Notes under the pieces: model-generated
The model's database searches: none
What the model was told of the DNA's origin: nothing
What the model saw: the letters and a program-made list of their open reading frames with translations, nothing else
Made by a program: the position numbers and the translations under genes
In this document: positions 1-9,519 of the stretch, in pieces
Position numbering within the stretch: the first letter of the stretch is position 1
Layout of the letters: every line of letters begins with the position of its first letter
Source of the DNA: Methyloceanibacter sp.
GTDB lineage: Bacteria > Pseudomonadota > Alphaproteobacteria > Rhizobiales > Methyloligellaceae
NCBI GenBank assembly: GCA_037383205.1
Contig: JARRPE010000009.1
Span: forward strand, 1 to 32,809
DNA: 32,809 nt
Reading direction: 5' to 3'

Positions 1-138
1 GTCCGCGATCGAGTAGACGAAGCGGTTGTTCGTGTTCACCACATTGAAGGCGATCAGCCAGCTCAAGATGGCGCTGGCGATGACAACCCAGATGAAGAGG
101 TCGATGACAAGAGCAACGAATCCGATCAAAGGCACCAT
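1..138 (-). CDS. yggT: YggT family membrane protein (runs off window start)
   Basis: Manual translation MVPLIGFVALVIDLFIWVVIASAILSWLIAFNVVNTNNRFVYSIAD matches the alphaproteobacterial YggT pattern; GAGGAGGG RBS upstream. Confidence 0.85.
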   Translation of the reverse strand, partial: MVPLIGFVALVIDLFIWVVIASAILSWLIAFNVVNTNNRFVYSIAD

Positions 139-307
139 GTAACGGCCCCTCCTCGCGCGGCCTCGGACTCCCATGTAGCGGACGGGCGCGCCAAAGGGCA
201 AGCCCCGTGACGAAAAGCCCGTTAGTTCAGTCGTAAGCGCTGGTCCATCGCACGTCGCCACCGAATCCAGCCTCGCGCAAGAGTCCGCTGCTGGGTGCGT
301 GCGTTGC

Positions 308-336
308 TTGACAGAGGGGGAGACCGCTCTCTAAAT
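308..336 (+). promoter_or_regulatory. sigma70-type promoter for tRNA-Ala
   Basis: TTGACA (308-313), 17 bp, CTAAAT (331-336), 13 nt upstream of the tRNA. Confidence 0.7.
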
Positions 337-349
337 GCAGGGCTCGAAT

Positions 350-425
350 GGGGCCGTAGCTCAGTTGGGAGAGCGCAGCAATCGCACTGCTGAGGTCAGG
401 GGTTCGACTCCCCTCGGCTCCACCA
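350..425 (+). tRNA. tRNA-Ala (anticodon CGC)
   Basis: 76-nt cloverleaf GGGGCCGTAGCTCAGTTGGGAGAGCG; anticodon stem CAGCA/TGCTG with loop ATCGCAC; GGTTCGACTC T-loop; encoded CCA end; G3:U70 alanine identity pair. Confidence 0.98.
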
Positions 426-438
426 AATCCTCCTCAAG

Positions 439-1329
439 TCAGGTCTTGTCGTGCTCCGGTGCCTCGGCATCCTTATCCGGATGGGGTAGCGGCTTGGCTT
501 CCGCCGCGGTGCCGTTCTCGTCACGCACGCGGAAGAACCATCCCGATGTGGGGATGAGGAAATAGCCCGGCGCAAAGCGGGCCAGCGTCACGAAGGCCCG
601 GTTCAACCAGCCTTCGATGATGATCCAGTTGCCGTGCTTGAAACGCCGGTAGGCCGCTTCAGAGAGCCGCTCCGGCGTCATCTTGGGCAGATAGCGCGCA
701 TAGAAGGAGTTCTCCGCGCCGCCCGCCGCATGAATGTCCGTCTCGATCACGCCCGGCGCGACCATGCACACGCGGACGCCCGTTCCCATCACCTCGTAGG
801 CAAGCGCCCGGCTCCAAGAAATCATGGCCGCTTTCGTGGCCGCGTAGGTTGCTTGATACGGCACCGGCATGAACCCTTCGACCGAGGAGACGTTCAGCAC
901 GCCGCCGGCCCGGCGCGCGATCATATCGGGCAGGAAGCGCCGCGTGAGGTCCATAACCGAGCGCAGGTTGAGATCGATCGTCTTGAGCAGCGTGTCCCGG
1001 TCCTGGTCCTGGAAATGACCGGCCGTCATCGTGGCCGCGTTGTTGACCAGCGACTCGCAATAGAGCCCGTTGGCCCGCAGCGCTTCCTCGACCTTGTCGC
1101 AGCCTTCCGGTGTCGCGAGGTCGCACGCGATCGAATAGGCCTCGACGCTGTATGCATCGGCGATGTGCTTCGCGAGATCGCCGAGGCCTGCTTCATTCCG
1201 CCCGACAAGAAGAACCGCATGGCCGTTCTTGGCAAACTCCTCGGCCAAGGCGCGGCCGATGCCCCGTGTCGCGCCCGTGATGACGGCGACTGGCTTCAAG
1301 CGCTGTGGCGTTTCCTTGGCCACGTCCAT
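439..1329 (-). CDS. Short-chain dehydrogenase/reductase (SDR)
   Basis: TGATRGIG Rossmann motif, LVNNA, catalytic YAATK. Start 1329 preferred over 1338 because a TATAGA -10-like box overlaps the first ATG. Confidence 0.92.
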   Translation of the reverse strand: MDVAKETPQRLKPVAVITGATRGIGRALAEEFAKNGHAVLLVGRNEAGLGDLAKHIADAYSVEAYSIACDLATPEGCDKVEEALRANGLYCESLVNNAATMTAGHFQDQDRDTLLKTIDLNLRSVMDLTRRFLPDMIARRAGGVLNVSSVEGFMPVPYQATYAATKAAMISWSRALAYEVMGTGVRVCMVAPGVIETDIHAAGGAENSFYARYLPKMTPERLSEAAYRRFKHGNWIIIEGWLNRAFVTLARFAPGYFLIPTSGWFFRVRDENGTAAEAKPLPHPDKDAEAPEHDKT

Positions 1330-1552
1330 GCCCGCCATCTATAGCTGCCCGCCCACTGCGTCGTTCTCCCCCTGCGGTTCAAGTCCGCTAATCGAGCGGC
1401 AAGCAACCACCGAACGCGTCCATGCGCAAGCGGAGGCTGTCGGCCATTGGTACAACTCTCCTTCGGAACCGGCCGGAGACATGGCATCCTTGCCACCGGA
1501 CGGGCGCAGGAGCCTGGAGCCAGCCAAGACCGGCAGGAGGCCGTGGCCTGAC

Positions 1553-2479
1553 ATGGCAGCCGAGAGCGCGAAACAGACGTCCCGAAGCGATGCTTTCGGC
1601 GGCATTACGCTCACCAGTCCAGACAAAGTGCTCTATCCCTCGATTCCGCTGACGAAGCGCGATCTGGCCGAATACGACGCCCGAATCGCCTCTGCCATGC
1701 TGCCCTACCTTGCCAATCGGCCGATCAGCCTCGTGCGCTGTCCGTCAGGGCTCGGCGGTCCTCGCTTCTTTCAGCGTCACGCCACGAAGGGGATGTCCGG
1801 TGCGATCAAGGAGGTGAAGATCCCCGGCGGCGAGACCGACCAGCCCTATCTCTATATCGACAATGAGGATGGATTGTTTGCGCTGACGCAAATCGGGACG
1901 CTGGAGATCCACGACTGGAGCGTCACGGTCGAGAGGCTCGAAACGCCGGACCGTCTGGTGTTCGATCTCGACCCGGACGAGGACCTGGAATTCGACGTGT
2001 TGAAAGATGCGGCCCGGCACGTCCGCGATTTTCTGGCCGACCTCGGCCTTACGAGTTTTCTCAAGGCCACGGGCGGCAAGGGTGTACATGTCGTCGCGCC
2101 AATCACCCCAAAAGCCGGTTGGCCCGAGGTGAAAGCCTTCGCACGGGGCATCGCTGACGCCCTGGTGGCGGAGGCACCGGATCGCTACACGGCCAATCCG
2201 CTGAAGAGGACCCGCACCGGCAAGATCTTCATCGACTATTTGCGCAACGGCCGGGGCAGTTCGGCGATCTGCAACTATTCCCCGCGGGCGAAAACGGGCG
2301 CGCCGGTGGCGACCCCCTTGCGCTGGGACGAGTTGTCCCGTCTCGAAAGCGGCGCGCCCTATTCGGTAAAGACCCTCCCGCGTCGTCTATCGCAGCTGAA
2401 ATCCGACCCCTGGGAGGACTTTTTTACGACCCGGCAGGCCATCACCGGGCGCGCCCGCAAGGCGCTCGGCCTCGATTGA
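1553..2479 (+). CDS. Stand-alone LigD polymerase (primase-polymerase) domain, NHEJ-associated
   Basis: Motifs LTSPDKVLYP, RCPSG, FFQRH, PDRLVFDLDP, TGGKGVHV, IFIDYLRN; no ligase or phosphoesterase domain. Start could be 1481. Confidence 0.9.
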   Translation: MAAESAKQTSRSDAFGGITLTSPDKVLYPSIPLTKRDLAEYDARIASAMLPYLANRPISLVRCPSGLGGPRFFQRHATKGMSGAIKEVKIPGGETDQPYLYIDNEDGLFALTQIGTLEIHDWSVTVERLETPDRLVFDLDPDEDLEFDVLKDAARHVRDFLADLGLTSFLKATGGKGVHVVAPITPKAGWPEVKAFARGIADALVAEAPDRYTANPLKRTRTGKIFIDYLRNGRGSSAICNYSPRAKTGAPVATPLRWDELSRLESGAPYSVKTLPRRLSQLKSDPWEDFFTTRQAITGRARKALGLD

Positions 2480-2573
2480 CGCCCGGATACCGGTCTTTTC
2501 TGGATTGTCTCCGGAGACAACCCGGCCATCACATTGAAGAATTGTTCACGACCTTGGTCCCAAAGTCGAGCCC

Positions 2574-3389
2574 ATGGTGGGGGCTCGTATTGCGTATCCG
2601 GTCGCCGCGCTGGCTGCGGCTGTTTTTCTCAGTTCATGCGGCGGTGGCGGCATTCCCAACGACACGCGCGCGGAATGGCGCGATCGTGCCGAGGCCAAGT
2701 GCATGGCCTCGGGGCAAGTCCGCGCGTCTTCGTATGTGACGCAGGTCTCCTCGATCCGCGGCCGCAGCGCCTGCGGCATTTTGGCGCCGCTGCGCGTCTC
2801 GGCTGCGCTCGGCGGCCGTGTCCGCGTCACGCCGACCGCGACCATTGGCTGCCCCATGACGGCGGCGCTGGACCGCTGGCTCAACAATTCCGTGCAGCGG
2901 GCCGCCATGCGCCAATTCCGGCAACCCGTCGTCGAGATCAAGCAGATCTCCGCCTATAGCTGCCGCGGCCGCAACAGCAAATCGACTGGCAAGCTCTCGG
3001 AGCACGCCTTCGGCAACGCCTTGGACATCGCCGGATTCACGCTCGCGGACGGGCGCACCATCACGGTCGTCAAAGGCTGGTGGCGCGGAACAAAGGCCGA
3101 GAAAGCCTTTCTGCGCGAGGCTTTTGCGGGCGCTTGCCGGGAATTCTACACGGTGCTCGGACCCGGAAGCGACCGGGCCCACTACAACCATTTCCACGTG
3201 GACCTGCTCATCACCAACGTATCGAAGAGCGGCAGCCATTACTGCCGGCCGCAGCCGAAACAAGGTCTTTTCGCGGCGGCCGACGATACCGAGCCGGTCT
3301 CGACCGCCTCCGTGAAACCGATCCCGTTCACGGGCCCGCCGGACTCCGACCAGCAAATGCCGGCCTTCACTCTGGGACCCAGCGACTAG
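2574..3389 (+). CDS. Extensin-like C-terminal domain lipoprotein
   Basis: Lipobox-like LSSC after a hydrophobic leader; AYSCRGRN, SEHAFGNALDI and HYNHFHVD motifs typical of Extensin-like_C proteins. Confidence 0.88.
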   Translation: MVGARIAYPVAALAAAVFLSSCGGGGIPNDTRAEWRDRAEAKCMASGQVRASSYVTQVSSIRGRSACGILAPLRVSAALGGRVRVTPTATIGCPMTAALDRWLNNSVQRAAMRQFRQPVVEIKQISAYSCRGRNSKSTGKLSEHAFGNALDIAGFTLADGRTITVVKGWWRGTKAEKAFLREAFAGACREFYTVLGPGSDRAHYNHFHVDLLITNVSKSGSHYCRPQPKQGLFAAADDTEPVSTASVKPIPFTGPPDSDQQMPAFTLGPSD

Positions 3390-3500
3390 GGAGAAAACGT
3401 CTCGACCGCCTCGGTTAAACCTATCCCGTTCACGGGCCCGCCGGACTCGGACCAGCAGATGCCGGCTTTCACGCTGGCACCCAGCGAGTAGGGAGAAAAC
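3297..3500 (+). repeat. 102-bp tandem duplication (3297-3398 / 3399-3500) covering the last 30 codons, the TAG and 9 bp downstream of the extensin gene
   Basis: Direct alignment: 93/102 identical, no indels; both copies end TAG GGAGAAAAC. Confidence 0.97.
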
Positions 3501-3638
3501 AGCCGACTGTGGCTCTTGAGCAACTTCGCAGACGCACCATTGGGGTATGATCAGTCCGGGGAAGAATCGCGCCAGGAACGCTCTAACCAAGCCGAAAGCC
3601 CTTGTTCTTCCTTGGGCTTCGTTCGATCGGAGGACGCC

Positions 3639-3860
3639 ATGGCAGCCGAATCGTTGGTGCAAATGCTCGAGGAAATCGCCGTCGGGCTGAAATCGGGTGA
3701 CGAAGAAGTCTATGGCTGGCTTCGGGATCAGCTCAAAGAATGCGGCGGAAGCGACGTTTCCGTGGAACTCGCGATGGGTGTGATCGCACAGCTCCTGCCC
3801 GAAGACGCGCAAGGCAGCATCGAGCTGGCCGAGCACTATAACCGCCGCTGGGCGCACTAA
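3639..3860 (+). CDS. Small acidic hypothetical protein (73 aa)
   Basis: GGAGG RBS before ATG; typical codon usage; MAAESLVQMLEEIAVGLKSG...; no family recognised. Confidence 0.7.
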   Translation: MAAESLVQMLEEIAVGLKSGDEEVYGWLRDQLKECGGSDVSVELAMGVIAQLLPEDAQGSIELAEHYNRRWAH

Positions 3861-3884
3861 GCGGCTCTCGCGGCAGGCATCTGT

Positions 3885-4946
3885 CTAGGACAGGGCCTTG
3901 AGCGCGCCTTCCAGGCGCCGCCATCTCTCTTCTTTTCCAGGAAGACCGAACCGCAAGACTTGCGGGTTCTCGTCGAACCGCCGCACGAAGATGCCGGCCT
4001 TTCCAAGCGTGACGAAGACTTCCTGCGCCCGCGGACTGCTGACGAGACAGAAAAGAGCCGTGCGCCCCACAGGTGTGAGACCGGCTGCGCCAAGCAACCT
4101 CTCGAGACGCTCCGAATCGGCGCTCAATGACTTCCGGGTACCATCGATCCAAGTCTGGTCGCCGAGCGCCGCCGCACCAATGCCAAGCGCCGGTCCCGAG
4201 ACCGGCCACGGTCCGAGCCGGGCACGGAGCCGTTCCGCCAACGGTCGATTGGTCACCGCAAAACTGAGGCGCAACCCTGCAAGACCGAAGAACTTGCCGA
4301 AGGACCGCAACACGACGATCGGGGCCTGATCGACGCGATCCGAAACGCTTGCGTCATCCGGGCCGACATCCATGAAGGCTTCATCCACGACCAATGTGCC
4401 GCCGTCGACTTTCTGCTTCTCGGCCAGGCGCAACAGGTCCTGTTTAGGTGTCAGCCGCCCATCGGGATTGTTGGGATTGACCACGATCGCTAACGAGGCG
4501 CCTTCGATGCCGCTAAGGCTCTCGACGGTTGTCACGTCGTGACCCGCCAGTGCGGCAACGCGCGCGTGCTCCGCATAGGTTGGCCCGAGGATTGCGGCCC
4601 GCCCGCGCGGCACAAGATCGGCGATCAACGCCATAAGGATTTGGCTTCCAGGCGCGGCCACCACGTTGTGCGCCGATGGGGCCCCATAGACTGCCGCGGC
4701 CAAATCCGACAGACGCGCCAGCGCGGCCGGTTCGGGAAGACGCGCAAGATCATCTATCGCGAGATCGGCGATAGGATAGGGATGAGGGTTGACGCCGGTC
4801 GACAGGTCGACGATTGGCTGAGGCGCGTTGGGAAACTGCGCGCGGGCCGCGGCGAGATTCCCGCCATGGGGCAAAGGGGCGTCCGGACTTGCCGCTGCGC
4901 TCGTGCCCGCGGCGCTGTTGAGGGAGGCTGGATCGGGTGACGTCAT
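3885..4946 (-). CDS. cobC: Threonine-phosphate decarboxylase (CobC of P. denitrificans / CobD of Salmonella)
   Basis: HGGNL, DLSTGVNP, NPNNPDG, VVDEAFMD and PLP-lysine motif RSFGKFFGLAGLRL. Confidence 0.93.
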   Translation of the reverse strand: MTSPDPASLNSAAGTSAAASPDAPLPHGGNLAAARAQFPNAPQPIVDLSTGVNPHPYPIADLAIDDLARLPEPAALARLSDLAAAVYGAPSAHNVVAAPGSQILMALIADLVPRGRAAILGPTYAEHARVAALAGHDVTTVESLSGIEGASLAIVVNPNNPDGRLTPKQDLLRLAEKQKVDGGTLVVDEAFMDVGPDDASVSDRVDQAPIVVLRSFGKFFGLAGLRLSFAVTNRPLAERLRARLGPWPVSGPALGIGAAALGDQTWIDGTRKSLSADSERLERLLGAAGLTPVGRTALFCLVSSPRAQEVFVTLGKAGIFVRRFDENPQVLRFGLPGKEERWRRLEGALKALS

Positions 4947-5922
4947 GACAGCACCGCTAACCCTTCTTGCGATCCTCGTCGAGCTTGCCGTCGGCTATCC
5001 CGAATGGCTGACGGCGCGAATCGGCCATCCCGTGACGTGGATGGGGCGCTTGATCGCCTGGCTGGAAGCCAGACTCAACGATCCCTCGAAGGAAGGCGGG
5101 GCGCGGCGGCGTGCGGGCCTCATGGCGTTGCTGCTCCTGCTGGGGGTTGTCGGCGTGTGTGCGTACCTTATCGAGACCACGCTGCTCCTGTTGCCTTTCG
5201 GGCTGTTTTTCGCCGCCGTCGCGGCAAGCACGCTGATCGCCCAGCGGAGCCTTTACAGCCACGTGGCAGCGGTTGCGGCGGCTCTGGAGAAGGGCTCGTT
5301 GAGGGACGCGCGTGTCGCCGTCGCGCAAATCGTCGGCCGCGAGACCACCGAGCTCGACGAGGCCGGCATTGCGCGCGCAGCCATCGAAAGTCTCGCCGAG
5401 AACTTTTCGGACGGCGTGGTGTCGCCCGTGTTCTGGCTGAGCCTCGGAGGGCTGACTGGCGGGGCGCTCTACAAGGCGATCAACACGGCCGACAGCATGA
5501 TCGGTCATCGCTCGGCGCGCTACGCGGATTTTGGACGGGCGTCCGCCAAGCTTGACGATGCAGTCAACTTGCCGGGCGCACGGCTGTCCGGACTGTTGCT
5601 GGCCGGCGCCGCGGCCATCACCAAGGAGGCTTCTCCCAAGCGGGCTTGGCACGCGATGCGGCGGGATGCAGCCAAGCATGCCTCTCCCAATGCCGGCTAC
5701 CCTGAAGCCGCCATGGCCGGCGCTCTCGGCGTGGCGCTTGGCGGACCGCGCCTCTATGCCGGATCGCGCATGGATGGTCCTTGGCTCGGGGATGGACGGC
5801 ACGACGCGAACGCGGGCGACATTCGCGCCGCGCTTCGGCTGTATGTGCGCGCCGACGGGCTGCTGATCGCGCTCGTGACGCTTGCGGCCGCGCTCAGCAT
5901 GTTGATCAGCGGCACAGTGTAA
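4945..5922 (+). CDS. cbiB: Adenosylcobinamide-phosphate synthase CbiB (CobD of P. denitrificans)
   Basis: [52 protein letters not shown]. Confidence 0.95.
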   Translation: MTAPLTLLAILVELAVGYPEWLTARIGHPVTWMGRLIAWLEARLNDPSKEGGARRRAGLMALLLLLGVVGVCAYLIETTLLLLPFGLFFAAVAASTLIAQRSLYSHVAAVAAALEKGSLRDARVAVAQIVGRETTELDEAGIARAAIESLAENFSDGVVSPVFWLSLGGLTGGALYKAINTADSMIGHRSARYADFGRASAKLDDAVNLPGARLSGLLLAGAAAITKEASPKRAWHAMRRDAAKHASPNAGYPEAAMAGALGVALGGPRLYAGSRMDGPWLGDGRHDANAGDIRAALRLYVRADGLLIALVTLAAALSMLISGTV

Positions 5923-7366
5923 GAAGCCGATCGATGTCGACATGGTCCTCCAGATGGGCGGCAAGGTCATCCAGAACGGCGTCGATCTGCTCATCGTAGC
6001 GGATCTGCGTTGGACCGCCCGAGAATCGCTTCAGCCACGCCGCGCGCTGCCGGTCGTCCGCGAAGAGCCCGTGGACATAGGTGCCGTAAACTTGGCGATT
6101 GGCCGCGATGGCGCCGTCCTGAAACCCGGTGTCGAGACGGGCGAAGGCCCGCGCACAATCGGGCCCTTTCGTGCGGCCCATATGCATTTCGTAGCCTTCG
6201 AAGGGGACCCCGTCGAATGTATGACCGGACGCCGGCTCGAGTCGCTTCTCTTCGGACAGCGTCGTCTCGATATCGAGGAGGTCCAAACCTTCTGCTTCAC
6301 CTGGCGGGCCCTCGATACCCTCCGGATCGCGCAAGACACGCCCCAGCATTTGATAGCCGCCGCACAGCCCGAGCACCGAACCGCCCCGGCGCAGGTGGGC
6401 TTCGATGTCGATGTCGAAACCGGCGTCGCGCAGAACGCGCAAGTCGGACAGCGTCGCCTTCGACCCCGGCAGAATGATGAGTTGGGCGTCGCCGGGCAAC
6501 GCATCGCCGGGACGTACACGGACGAGCTCCACGGCCGGCTCGGCGGCAAGTGGATCGAGATCGTCGAAATTGGCGATATGGGGAAGCACCGGCACGGCGA
6601 CCTTCAGGGTCGCCCCGGTCTTGGCCGCCTGTTGCTGCTCGAGCGCAAGAGCATCTTCGGCGGGCAGTTCCCTCGCGCCTGCGAAGAACGGAATGAGGCC
6701 GAGCGGTTCCCAGCCGGTGTCCCGCGCAATGCGCACCATGCCGTCTGCGAAGAGGGATGGGTCGCCTCTGAACTTGTTGACGAGGAATCCGCGGATCATC
6801 CTGGCATCGCCCGGATCGATGACCGCCTTGGTGCCCACGAGGCTGGCGATGACGCCGCCCCGGTCGATGTCCCCAATGAGCACCACAGGCACGTCCGCGG
6901 CGCGCGCGAAACCCATATTGGCGATGTCGTTTGCGCGCAGATTGACTTCGGACGCGCTGCCCGCGCCTTCCACCAGAACGATGTCGGCCTTCTCCTGAAG
7001 ACGGGTGAAGCTGTCCTGGACCGCGTCCATGAGTTCGGGCTTGAGAGCCTGGTAGTCCGCGGCCTTGGCTTTGCCGTAGACACGGCCGCGCACGATGATC
7101 TGCGCGCCGACCTCGCTCTGCGGCTTCAGGAGGACGGGATTCATGTCGACGGTCGGCGTGACCCGCGCCGCCCGCGCTTGCAGCGCCTGCGCCCGCCCGA
7201 TCTCACCGCCATCGACGGTGACCGCCGCATTGTTCGACATGTTTTGCGGCTTGAACGGCAAGACCTTAAGTCCGCGCGCGACGAGCGCGCGCGCAAGCCC
7301 GGCCACGATCAACGACTTGCCCACATCGGAGCCCGTGCCCTGAAACATGAGCGCCCGGGCGGTCAT
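5906..7366 (-). CDS. cobQ: Cobyric acid synthase
   Basis: [47 protein letters not shown]. Confidence 0.97.
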   Translation of the reverse strand: MTARALMFQGTGSDVGKSLIVAGLARALVARGLKVLPFKPQNMSNNAAVTVDGGEIGRAQALQARAARVTPTVDMNPVLLKPQSEVGAQIIVRGRVYGKAKAADYQALKPELMDAVQDSFTRLQEKADIVLVEGAGSASEVNLRANDIANMGFARAADVPVVLIGDIDRGGVIASLVGTKAVIDPGDARMIRGFLVNKFRGDPSLFADGMVRIARDTGWEPLGLIPFFAGARELPAEDALALEQQQAAKTGATLKVAVPVLPHIANFDDLDPLAAEPAVELVRVRPGDALPGDAQLIILPGSKATLSDLRVLRDAGFDIDIEAHLRRGGSVLGLCGGYQMLGRVLRDPEGIEGPPGEAEGLDLLDIETTLSEEKRLEPASGHTFDGVPFEGYEMHMGRTKGPDCARAFARLDTGFQDGAIAANRQVYGTYVHGLFADDRQRAAWLKRFSGGPTQIRYDEQIDAVLDDLAAHLEDHVDIDRLLTLCR

Positions 7367-7368
7367 CG

Positions 7369-7986
7369 CTAGAACTCGATGCCGGCTTGCGCCTTCACTC
7401 CGGCCGCGAAATGGTGCTTCACCAGCGTCATGTCGGTTACGAGATCCGCCGCCTCGATCAGAGCGGGCTTGGCGTTGCGTCCGGTCACGATCACATGCAG
7501 GTCCGGCCGGCGCGCTTTCAACGTGGCCACGACCTCCTCGAACGGCAGATAGTCGTAGCGCAGCGCGATGTTCAACTCATCGAGAATGACAAGGCTGAAG
7601 CTCGGGTCGTCCATCAGTTCGACCGCCTTGGCCCAGGCCCGCTCCGCAGCGGCGATGTCGCGCTCCAAGTCCTGCGTTTCCCAGGTAAAGCCCTCACCCA
7701 TGGAATACCAGGCGACCTGATCGCCGAACTGCTCCAGCGCATCGCGCTCCGCCGTGTGCCAGGCGCCCTTGACGAACTGGACGATTCCGACGCGTTTGCC
7801 GCGGCCGATCATGCGCAACGCGAGCCCGAAAGCCGCCGTGGTTTTGCCCTTGCCCGTTCCCGTGTGAACGATCAGGAGGCCCTTTTCGACGGTCTTCTCG
7901 GCAACTTCGGCATCCTGCGCCTCTTTGCGCTTAGCCATCTTGGCGCGGTGACGTTCCAGGGCTTGTTCGTCGACCGACTTGGTCAT
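7369..7986 (-). CDS. cobO: Cob(I)yrinic acid a,c-diamide adenosyltransferase
   Basis: [38 protein letters not shown]...AQAGIEF; start overlaps the cobP stop. Confidence 0.96.
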   Translation of the reverse strand: MTKSVDEQALERHRAKMAKRKEAQDAEVAEKTVEKGLLIVHTGTGKGKTTAAFGLALRMIGRGKRVGIVQFVKGAWHTAERDALEQFGDQVAWYSMGEGFTWETQDLERDIAAAERAWAKAVELMDDPSFSLVILDELNIALRYDYLPFEEVVATLKARRPDLHVIVTGRNAKPALIEAADLVTDMTLVKHHFAAGVKAQAGIEF

Positions 7987-8519
7987 GTGCTTCCCTTCAC
8001 AACAAGTGGCTGGCCTGCGACCACGAGGATCACCCGGCTGGCGATCGCCGCGATGCGCTGATTGAGGCGCCCTTGGGCGTCCCGGAAGGCGCGGCCCAGC
8101 GGCGTTTCGGGCACCAACCCAAAACCCACTTCGTTCGAAACGAGCACGGTCGCATTCTCGCGGCTGTGCAATGCCTCCTCCAGTCGATCCATCGCGCGGT
8201 CGACCTCGAATGGGCCGTGCATGATATTCGAGAGCCACAAGGTCAGACAGTCGACCAGCACAACGGCGCCTTTGGGCGCCGCGCGGATCGCGTCGTGCAA
8301 ATCGTGGGGCGCTTCCAGGGTTTGCCAGCCGGCCTCGCGATGGGCCTGATGCTCGGCGATGCGCGCCGCCATCTCCCCGTCATGAGCCTCGGCCGTGGCG
8401 ATATAGACCCAGGGCCTCGGAAGGCTGGTGACAAAGCTTTCGGCGAAGCGGCTTTTTCCCGAGCGGGCACCCCCAAGGACGAAGGTAATCCCCTCGTCCT
8501 CGAGGCTGTTGTCTGCCAT
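7983..8519 (-). CDS. cobP: Adenosylcobinamide kinase / cobinamide-phosphate guanylyltransferase (CobP/CobU)
   Basis: LGGARSGKS, YIATA, VDCLTLWLSN, VSNEVGFG, FRDAQGRLNQ. Confidence 0.96.
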   Translation of the reverse strand: MADNSLEDEGITFVLGGARSGKSRFAESFVTSLPRPWVYIATAEAHDGEMAARIAEHQAHREAGWQTLEAPHDLHDAIRAAPKGAVVLVDCLTLWLSNIMHGPFEVDRAMDRLEEALHSRENATVLVSNEVGFGLVPETPLGRAFRDAQGRLNQRIAAIASRVILVVAGQPLVVKGST

Positions 8520-8526
8520 CAGATCG

Positions 8527-9156
8527 CTATGCGTCCGGGATGATCTGGCCGAGCAGCGCGGCAATCCCGATGCCGACGACAACCGCACCGGCCAGACGCG
8601 GCGCCATGGCCGAGACGGACAGATTGCGCACCCGGAACAGCAGGGCGACGCCAACGCTCAGGGCACTCTGGATGACCACAAGGCCGAGGAGATAGGCCAG
8701 GAGCGGCGTCGGTTCTGCGCCGAAAATCGACTCGCCGTAGGCATAGCCATGCGCTAGGCCGGCGGCGCCGAACACGGCACCCCACGCGGCCAAGGGCAAA
8801 GCGCGGCCGGCGGCGATGAGAGCGCCGACAATCACCACCGAGGATGCGACGATCAGCTCGGCGCCAGGCAGCTGGAACCCGGCGACATGGATGCCGACGC
8901 CAACCGCCGAAGCCGCGACGAACAGGACCGGCAGGCCGAGATTGAGACCACCGACGCCGACCGCGACGCCAACGGCAATGAGAAAGGCCAGATGGTCAAG
9001 CCCGATGACCGGGTGGCCGAGACCGGAAAGGAAGCCCTGGATGAACGTGGACGGCATTTCGCCGCCCATGGCGTGGTGCGCCGAGGCCGGCGCGGCGGTG
9101 AGCATAAGCGCGGCGAGCGCCAAAAACGCGGTGCGGTGGAATGAAGAACGGGTCAT
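8527..9156 (-). CDS. HupE/UreJ family protein, probable cobalt transporter
   Basis: Signal peptide ending ASA-HH, GLGHPVIGLDH, AHGYAYG; first gene after a cobalamin riboswitch. Confidence 0.9.
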   Translation of the reverse strand: MTRSSFHRTAFLALAALMLTAAPASAHHAMGGEMPSTFIQGFLSGLGHPVIGLDHLAFLIAVGVAVGVGGLNLGLPVLFVAASAVGVGIHVAGFQLPGAELIVASSVVIVGALIAAGRALPLAAWGAVFGAAGLAHGYAYGESIFGAEPTPLLAYLLGLVVIQSALSVGVALLFRVRNLSVSAMAPRLAGAVVVGIGIAALLGQIIPDA

Positions 9157-9207
9157 GTGGTCCCCCCTTGCGCCCTCCACCCGAGGACGCCGTTCAAGGT
9201 TTGCGCC

Positions 9208-9388
9208 GCGGCAGGTTTCCTGGCTTCGCGGGTCTGCGCATCCCCTCAACCTTCCCGGAGCGACTGCTCCAGTGGCATGACGAGGGGCACTCACCGCTTA
9301 CAGTTGCGGGGGCAGCCACGGAATAGGGAATACCCTCACCGTGTTCCCTTCTTGCGTCCCGCCTCATGCGGGAACCATCGGCGCCCCG
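9208..9388 (-). ncRNA. Cobalamin riboswitch controlling hupE-cobP-cobO-cobQ
   Basis: Minus strand has AGGGAA, GCTGCCCCCGCAACTGTAAGCGG, GCCACTG, GGGAAGG and B12 box AGCCAGGAAACCTGCC. Confidence 0.95.
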
Positions 9389-9416
9389 ACTATAGACGGC
9401 AAAGGGCGCGCCGCAA
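9389..9416 (-). promoter_or_regulatory. Putative sigma70 promoter for the leftward riboswitch transcript
   Basis: Minus strand TTGCGG-16 bp-TATAGT directly upstream of the aptamer. Confidence 0.5.
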
Positions 9417-9484
9417 GTGGGAAACCTCGGTGATTTCGCGACCGGAAAGACGGCAGACCGGCGGCACCAACTCCCTGCCACGCA

Positions 9485-9513
9485 TTGACAAACCCGCGGC
9501 AGAGGCCCTTATG
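9485..9513 (+). promoter_or_regulatory. Putative sigma70 promoter for the rightward riboswitch transcript
   Basis: TTGACA-17 bp-CTTATG directly upstream of the aptamer. Confidence 0.6.
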
Positions 9514-9519
9514 TGCCTG

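Noticed and set aside
350-440. tRNA-Ala as the attachment site of an integrated element
   Set aside because: No integrase and no repeat of the tRNA 3' end were seen in the window.
335-565. 76-aa ORF over the tRNA
   Set aside because: Spurious translation of the tRNA and of the antisense SDR end.
3297-3500. Diversity-generating retroelement VR/TR pair
   Set aside because: Differences are not adenine-specific (mostly C/G/T changes at third positions) and no reverse transcriptase is in the window.
2634-3857. 407-aa minus-strand ORF containing the duplicated segment
   Set aside because: Antisense shadow of GC-rich genes; substitutions are synonymous in the plus frame, not this one.
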